64,000 bases of DNA from an uncultured Armatimonadetes bacterium (GTDB lineage: Bacteria > Armatimonadota > UBA5829 > DTJY01). Numbering within the stretch: the first letter of the stretch is position 1; the number at the start of each line of letters is the position of its first letter. The DNA lies in contig OY970325.1 in NCBI GenBank assembly GCA_963717145.1, forward strand, positions 1,440,001-1,504,000, in the 5' to 3' direction. Under the pieces are notes generated by a model, which was given only the letters and a program-made list of their open reading frames with translations, was not told where the DNA came from and searched no databases. Positions 58,622-64,000 of this stretch are shown piece by piece. The translations under genes and the position numbers were made by a program.

Positions 58622-58876
58622 TCTCACCTCCTTCCGTCACACATCTAAGATAGATTCAGAGACGTGCCGGATCATTGGGAATGCTGCGCTGCTCCGAGGT
58701 ATGCGCCGATCTTTGGCAGGAGGTGATGCTTGAGCAGATCGGACACTGCTGCTGCGGATGGCTGATGGTAAGCGTAGCGTTAATAGAAACGCCCCGGTTT
58801 CGAGCTTCGGCGCACGGACCGCGCCTGGGAGTCGTGCATCGGGTTCGCATCCCGGGCTTCGAAGCTCTGACATCTC

Positions 58877-58904
58877 ATTTTAGCACATCGGCGCGCTGTG
58901 TCAA
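58877..58904 (-). promoter_or_regulatory. Sigma-70 promoter of PEP-CTERM gene
   Basis: TTGACA-N16-TAAAAT with TG extension. Confidence 0.7.
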
Positions 58905-58972
58905 GCCATTTGTGAAATTCTACGCGAATAACTGGTGATAATACCAGTGTCCCCAGAGAGACTGGCACCCAA

Positions 58973-59731
58973 TCAATGCGCCTCGTGGAGGCCGAGGCGC
59001 GCGAAGAACGAGCTTATCGCGAGCATGGAGACGAATCCGAGGGCGATGTACAGAACTATCGAGCCCTTCTCGTGGGCGTACATCTCCTTCAGAAGCGCGA
59101 ATCCGACCGTGTAGAGGAAGCTCCCTGCCACGAGGCCGAGCACGATCCCCATGATGAGAGGCGATTCGCCCGGGACGAAGATCAGGCCGACGAGCGCGCC
59201 GAGTGCGGTCGTGAACTCGATCAGGGCGGTGATCCCGAGTGCCTTCCATCGGCCGTACCCCGCGAGTCGAGCCACGCAGACGAGCGCCAGGCCTTCAGGT
59301 ATCTTGTGATATGACACCGCGATCAGGATCATGATGCCCACGTTCGACGCCGACGCCGATCCCGCACCGATCGCGAGGCCGTCGACGGTGCTGTGGATTC
59401 CCATCGCGACCATCAGGAGAATCCCGAGGCGGAGGTATCCCTCCTCGCTGGCCGATGCGGCACATGCGGGACATAGCACCGAGACGTAGCGCCCGATCAG
59501 CGCGAAGAGGCCGACGCCCCCTGCGATGAGTACTGCAGTCATCGCCGGCCCGACCAACTCCGAGGTTTCGGGGACGATGTGCGCGGCCGTCACTGCGAGG
59601 AGCGACCCCGCGGCGAAACTGACGAGCGCACAGAGTAGCCGGTGGCTCACCTGCTTGCGGCCGATCGCGAATAGCCCGCCGATCGTTGCGGCGAGTATGG
59701 CAATCACGGCGCGCAGTATGACTGTGTTCAA
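58973..59731 (-). CDS. ZIP family metal transporter
   Basis: FAAGSLL, HSTVDG, HKIPEG; loop CPAC. Confidence 0.9.
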   Translation of the reverse strand: MNTVILRAVIAILAATIGGLFAIGRKQVSHRLLCALVSFAAGSLLAVTAAHIVPETSELVGPAMTAVLIAGGVGLFALIGRYVSVLCPACAASASEEGYLRLGILLMVAMGIHSTVDGLAIGAGSASASNVGIMILIAVSYHKIPEGLALVCVARLAGYGRWKALGITALIEFTTALGALVGLIFVPGESPLIMGIVLGLVAGSFLYTVGFALLKEMYAHEKGSIVLYIALGFVSMLAISSFFARLGLHEAH

Positions 59732-59777
59732 AGTTGTCAGCTCATGTATATCGATGACCTAACCTCCACGCAAGTCG

Positions 59778-59895
59778 GAACACAGAGACACAGAAGGAAC
59801 ACGGAAGCACAGAAGAGATCATGAGGATAGAAGAGAAGCTCCATCGGCTCAAGACCTCTTCCGTGTCCTCCATCTCCTTCTGTGATTCAGTGTTC
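59778..59895. repeat. Inverted ACACGGAAG-type array
   Basis: gaacacagagacacagaaggaacacggaagcacagaagag..ctcttccgtgtcctcc..ttctgtgattcagtgttc. Confidence 0.55.
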
Positions 59896-62255
59896 TACCG
59901 GTGCCTCAAGAGCCGCATGCCATTTGCTATGACGAGAAGCGCGCTGCCCTCATGACCAAAGACGCCGAGGGAGAGCCGAAGCCATCCCGCGAGCGTCGTG
60001 CCGACCAGTGCGCCTATTACAATCAGCGCAAAAATCACGTTCTGCCGGATCACCCGCACTGTGTCGCGGCTCAGCCGTATTGCATACGGGAGCTTGACGA
60101 GATCGTCCGACATCAAGGCGATATCGGCCGTCTCCAGTGCAACGTCGGAGCCGGCCGCTCCCATCGCGATTCCGATCGTCGACGCGGCAAGAGCCGGCGC
60201 GTCGTTCACGCCGTCGCCCACGACGGCCACTTTCCCGAACCGCTCGATCAGGACACGAACAATATCCACCTTGTCCTGCGGCAGGAGTTCCGCATAGTAC
60301 TCATCCACATTGAGTTCGCGAGCAACGGCGCGCGCGGTCGCCTCATTGTCGCCCGTCAGCATGACGATGCGCCTGATACCGATCCTCCGAAGCTCCCTGA
60401 ACGCCTCCCCGGCTGTCGCCCGGATGGTATCCGACACGGCGATCATCCCGGCAAGACCTCCGTCGGTCGCCACCATGACGACGGTCTTGCCTTCCTGCTG
60501 CAGTTCGAGCAGCCGATCGTTCCAGTCGCCGATCTCGATGCCGAGCTGCTCCATCAGCCGCGAGTTGCCGACGATGGCAGTCGATCCGTTGAACTTCGCC
60601 GCGGCCCCCATTCCCGTCAGCGCCTCGAAGTCGGTGATCGCCTGCGGGAGGAGATGCTGCTCCTTCGCGTATCGGAGAATCGACTGTGCGAGAGGATGCT
60701 CCGACCGGCTCTCGACGCTCGCCGCGAGGGTCAAGACCTGCTCTGAAGTGAAAGTATTCGCCGCGACGACGTCGGTTACCTCCGCCTGACCGGTCGTGAT
60801 CGTCCCTGTCTTGTCGAAAACGACGACCTTGATGCCCCCGGCGGCTTCGATGTGCGCCCCACCCTTGATCAGCACTCCGTTGCGGGCGGCATTTCCGATG
60901 GCGGAGACGATCGCGACTGGTGTGGAGATGACCAGCGCGCACGGACACGAGACCACGAGCAATGTGAGGCTGATGTACACGGCCTCGACGAGCGTCGTGC
61001 CGGCGACGTATGGCCAGGTCGCGGCGATGACGACCGCCAGACCGACGACGGCCGGTGTGTAGTACCGACCGAAGACCTCGGTGAACCGCTGAGACGGCGC
61101 TTTCTCGGCCTGAGCCTCCTCCACGAGGTGGATGACCTTCGCCAGTGTGTTGTCCTCCGAAGTCGCAGTCGCACGGATCTCGAGCGACCCACGGTCGTTG
61201 ACGCTTCCGGCGAAGACTTCGTCGTCAACCGTCTTCTCGACGGGGATCGACTCACCGGTGATCGCGGCCTCATTGAGTGTGGACGCGCCCTCGACGACGA
61301 TTCCGTCGGTCGGGATCTTGTCGCCCGGACGCACGACAAAGATGTCGCCGACCTTGACCTCGCTGATCTCGACCTCGTGCTCGTGGCCCTCGTGAAGGAC
61401 CGTCGCCTTCGTTGGGAAAAGACCCACCAGAGAGCGGATCGAGTCACGGGTGCGCTCCATGGTACGCGCCTCAAGAGCGTTGCCGAGGGAGAAGAGGAAC
61501 ATGACGGCGGCGGCCTCGAACCAGTCGCCGATTACCATCGCTCCGACGGCCGCGACAGTCATCAGGAAGTTCATGTCGAGCACGAGTGATCGCAGGCTGT
61601 AGAAGGCTCCTCGAGCGGCATAGAATCCGGCGACGACTGCGGCGACTCCATAGAGCGCATTCGCCGGTGACTGCCATCGAAGGGACAGCAGTCCGCCAAT
61701 GACGAGTGACGATCCTGCGATCGCAGTGAGCAGGGCCTGATTCTCGAGCCTGGTGCGCACCGGTCGGGCGATCTCCCTGGGCTCCTCCCCGGCAATGGCT
61801 GTTTCCGGCGACTTGGCGCGCTTCACATCGTAGCCGGACGCGCGGATGCGCTTCTCGACGGCGGGGATGGTGACCTTGTCAGGCTCGTACTCGAGGCTGA
61901 GCTTCGAGGAGGCGTAGTTCGTTGATGCCCAAAGGACGCCGGGCATCCTTCCGACGGCCTTCTCGAGCTTGAGCGCGCAGTCGGGGCAGTCGAGTCCGAC
62001 GAGGGTGAGGGTCGTGTGGCTGAACCGCTCCTTCAGTTCGACGCCGATATGCTTCGCTCGACGTTCGACATCCTCGATCCTTGCCAGGTGTGGGTCGTAC
62101 GTGAGGATGAGAGTGCAGCCCGCCCGATCTACATCCACCGATGAGATGCCTTCGACCTGAAGGAGCGAGTCCTTCAGGCGGTTGACACATCGCTCGCACT
62201 CCTCGAAGCCGGGAGGGAGGATCACCGGTAGGCTGAGAGTTCTGGTTTCAAGCAC
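59895..62255 (-). CDS. Heavy-metal P1B-type ATPase with two N-terminal CxxC domains
   Basis: CERC, CPDC, TGES, SCPC, DKTGT, SEHP, GDGVND, GHEGS; start trimmed to GTG downstream of a REP. Confidence 0.93.
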   Translation of the reverse strand: MLETRTLSLPVILPPGFEECERCVNRLKDSLLQVEGISSVDVDRAGCTLILTYDPHLARIEDVERRAKHIGVELKERFSHTTLTLVGLDCPDCALKLEKAVGRMPGVLWASTNYASSKLSLEYEPDKVTIPAVEKRIRASGYDVKRAKSPETAIAGEEPREIARPVRTRLENQALLTAIAGSSLVIGGLLSLRWQSPANALYGVAAVVAGFYAARGAFYSLRSLVLDMNFLMTVAAVGAMVIGDWFEAAAVMFLFSLGNALEARTMERTRDSIRSLVGLFPTKATVLHEGHEHEVEISEVKVGDIFVVRPGDKIPTDGIVVEGASTLNEAAITGESIPVEKTVDDEVFAGSVNDRGSLEIRATATSEDNTLAKVIHLVEEAQAEKAPSQRFTEVFGRYYTPAVVGLAVVIAATWPYVAGTTLVEAVYISLTLLVVSCPCALVISTPVAIVSAIGNAARNGVLIKGGAHIEAAGGIKVVVFDKTGTITTGQAEVTDVVAANTFTSEQVLTLAASVESRSEHPLAQSILRYAKEQHLLPQAITDFEALTGMGAAAKFNGSTAIVGNSRLMEQLGIEIGDWNDRLLELQQEGKTVVMVATDGGLAGMIAVSDTIRATAGEAFRELRRIGIRRIVMLTGDNEATARAVARELNVDEYYAELLPQDKVDIVRVLIERFGKVAVVGDGVNDAPALAASTIGIAMGAAGSDVALETADIALMSDDLVKLPYAIRLSRDTVRVIRQNVIFALIVIGALVGTTLAGWLRLSLGVFGHEGSALLVIANGMRLLRHR

Positions 62256-62280
62256 TTTGGAAGCCCTATAGAGCACACCC

Positions 62281-62339
62281 GTAGGGGAGGCCTTCAACGG
62301 CCTCCCGCCGGCGGGCGGGCGTAGAAGCACCGCCCCTAC
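62281..62339. repeat. Inverted pair of GTAG REPs
   Basis: GTAGGGGAGGCCTTCAACGGCCTCCC..GGGCGGGCGTAGAAGCACCGCCCCTAC. Confidence 0.75.
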
Positions 62340-62380
62340 GGCCCATCGAGGTATTCCCAGAATCCTGAGTGTCAGACACG

Positions 62381-63889
62381 TCAGACGGTCGGGCTGATCC
62401 CAAAGAGCGCCGCCGCGTTCTTGTAGAGAATCTTCTCCAGGTCCTCTCGCCCAAGACCGGCTTCCTCGTATGAACCTGCGATGAACCCCGGATGGATCAG
62501 GTCGAGGTCGCTACCGAAGAGAATGCGATCAGCCCCCGCGATTTCCACCGTCCGGCGGACTTTGTCGGTTTCGAGGCCACTGGAACAGAACTCCAGATAC
62601 ACATTGTCCATCGACTTGATCACGTCGGCCGCCTCACGCCATGCGTCCGAGCCTCCGTGGCCCATGATGAACTGCAGGTTCGGGCAGTCGCGGGCCACAT
62701 CCTGGATCTGCGACGGTGTGCCGGCCCCATACGTGTGGATCAGCACGGGCTTGCCATACCGCTCGACTTCACGAAGGAGCGCGCGGTTCTTCGGTGAGTT
62801 GGTCGGCTGACGGCAGTACGCCGGGTGGATCTTGACGCCGATGAAGTTCGGCTTCTTGAGATAAGCCCCGAGTTCCCTGCACGACGCCTCGAAGTAGTTC
62901 GGGTTCACGGTGACATATCCGAGCAGTTCCGGGTGGCCCTCGATCGCGTCGGCCATCTGCTTGTTGCCCTGAACGAAATCGTAGACGATCGCATAGCTCG
63001 ACGACATGACCGTCCTGTTGATGCTCCGATTCCTCATGATCTCCAGGATGTAGTCTATGCCCCACCGGCGCATCGGGAACGGCCACTTGCCGTAGTGGGA
63101 GTGAACGTCGATGATGGGAATGCCGGCGAACGGGTGATCGAGGCTCAGCTTCACGTCCGGCACACTGACACCGAGGATCCGCTGGAGATTGCCCCCCAGG
63201 ATCAGCGCCTTCTGATTGTCCGTCAACTCGGCTTCCACCACACCATTGAGTGAGGCGCGCATCGAGAGTGTCGGGCTCCCCGATCCGTAGACGACGCGCT
63301 CGGCGCCGAGGGCATCGACCGTGACCGCGAGCGAATCCGGCGTGTCATTGACCTGGGCTTCCAGGAATATGGACGGATGCTCCAGAGCGGCGGCGATTCC
63401 CTCAGCGAGATTCCCGTATCCGATCCCGGTGAGGATCACAGGAATCGTCGAGCCTTCGACCGCGCAAATGACTTCAGACGGACCACCTCCTCCCGCACCG
63501 TTCAGGATGACCGGCATCCCGAGCCGCTCCAATTCCTTGAGGATCGGCTTGACCAGCGCGGAGTTCAGCTTCCATCCCTGCTGCTCGGGAAAGAGCCTGA
63601 GGGCGACGAAGCCTTCGCTCTTGCACTTCCCGATCTCCTCGATCACGCCGAGATGCCGGCGCGGATCGACGGTTGCGACCGGAAGCAGGCCGGGGTTCGA
63701 GTCGCAGACCGCGAGCGTCTCCTCATTGCCCTCCCGAAAGTCGTACGCGATGCCCTTGAGCGAGTATGTCAACGCTCCGGCGATTCCGTACCGGCTCATC
63801 GACGACCTGAGCTTCTCGACCGAGACATCCGTGTCGCGGTATGGCAGGAATCCGAAATGGGTGCTGCAGTCGATGACTGTGTAGCCCAT
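62381..63889 (-). CDS. Tandem amidohydrolase (Amidohydro_2) domain protein
   Basis: Two TIM-barrel repeats; second has DVHSH, KIHP, LIHT, GHGG, FGSD. Confidence 0.85.
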   Translation of the reverse strand: MGYTVIDCSTHFGFLPYRDTDVSVEKLRSSMSRYGIAGALTYSLKGIAYDFREGNEETLAVCDSNPGLLPVATVDPRRHLGVIEEIGKCKSEGFVALRLFPEQQGWKLNSALVKPILKELERLGMPVILNGAGGGGPSEVICAVEGSTIPVILTGIGYGNLAEGIAAALEHPSIFLEAQVNDTPDSLAVTVDALGAERVVYGSGSPTLSMRASLNGVVEAELTDNQKALILGGNLQRILGVSVPDVKLSLDHPFAGIPIIDVHSHYGKWPFPMRRWGIDYILEIMRNRSINRTVMSSSYAIVYDFVQGNKQMADAIEGHPELLGYVTVNPNYFEASCRELGAYLKKPNFIGVKIHPAYCRQPTNSPKNRALLREVERYGKPVLIHTYGAGTPSQIQDVARDCPNLQFIMGHGGSDAWREAADVIKSMDNVYLEFCSSGLETDKVRRTVEIAGADRILFGSDLDLIHPGFIAGSYEEAGLGREDLEKILYKNAAALFGISPTV

Positions 63890-63893
63890 GATG

Positions 63894-64000
63894 TCAACTC
63901 CGTGCAAAATGCCGTGCGACCTTCTGCACGCCTGTGACGATATCGTTCACGTCCTTGTCCGTGAAGAACTCGTTGCACGGAAGGGTGATGATCGTCCTCA
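63894..64000 (-). CDS. C-terminus of probable DegT/DnrJ/EryC1/StrS aminotransferase (partial)
   Basis: RTIITLPCNEFFTDKDVNDIVTGVQKVARHFARS*. Confidence 0.6.
   Translation of the reverse strand, partial: RTIITLPCNEFFTDKDVNDIVTGVQKVARHFARS

Noticed and set aside
58802-58867. Canonical c-di-GMP-I or -II riboswitch call
   Set aside because: Conserved nucleotides of either class not found; kept only as a candidate structure
62256-62330. N-terminal extension of P1B ATPase (also those of dedA, panD, rbfA, polA)
   Set aside because: Extensions translate REP or palindrome sequence, so downstream starts are preferred

Overview
GC-rich bacterial chromosomal window. It is probably Armatimonadota, inferred from OB-fold-type modules (FFYIEEEDRSSGIR), a PEP-CTERM protein and Terrabacteria-like gene order. 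The core is a minus-strand housekeeping block (sppA, polA, mgtC-like, nusA-ylxR-infB-ylxP-rbfA-nrnA-truB-ribF-rpsO-pnp, M16 peptidase, dapB-asd-rnj-dedA) plus tRNA-Leu(CAA) and panD. Around it lie carbohydrate enzymes, an ABC/TPR module, a two-component pair, a GT-C, two complete IS elements 16 bp apart, an orphan E2 with PHP and Gfo/Idh/MocA genes, and a ZIP/P1B-ATPase pair. Intergenic spaces hold many different REP-like palindromes. polA, rnj and an ABC permease each carry a single-base frameshift, most likely sequencing error. Best novelty candidates: (1) a radical SAM/SPASM gene followed by three paralogous membrane proteins sharing a TM-CY...LxxxY(R/H)xxG(V/I)xxDxA(F/Y)EK tail, two with GspG-like domains lacking a prepilin site; (2) a consensus sigma-54 promoter driving a 29-aa signal-peptide ORF predicted to release VTTWISF; (3) a leader-peptide attenuator before a SAM methyltransferase; (4) a signal-peptide-bearing tail-fibre-like protein outside any prophage; (5) a rimP-type leader hairpin kept in front of nusA although rimP is absent. 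No CRISPR array or prophage was seen. All calls come from reading motifs; no searches were run.
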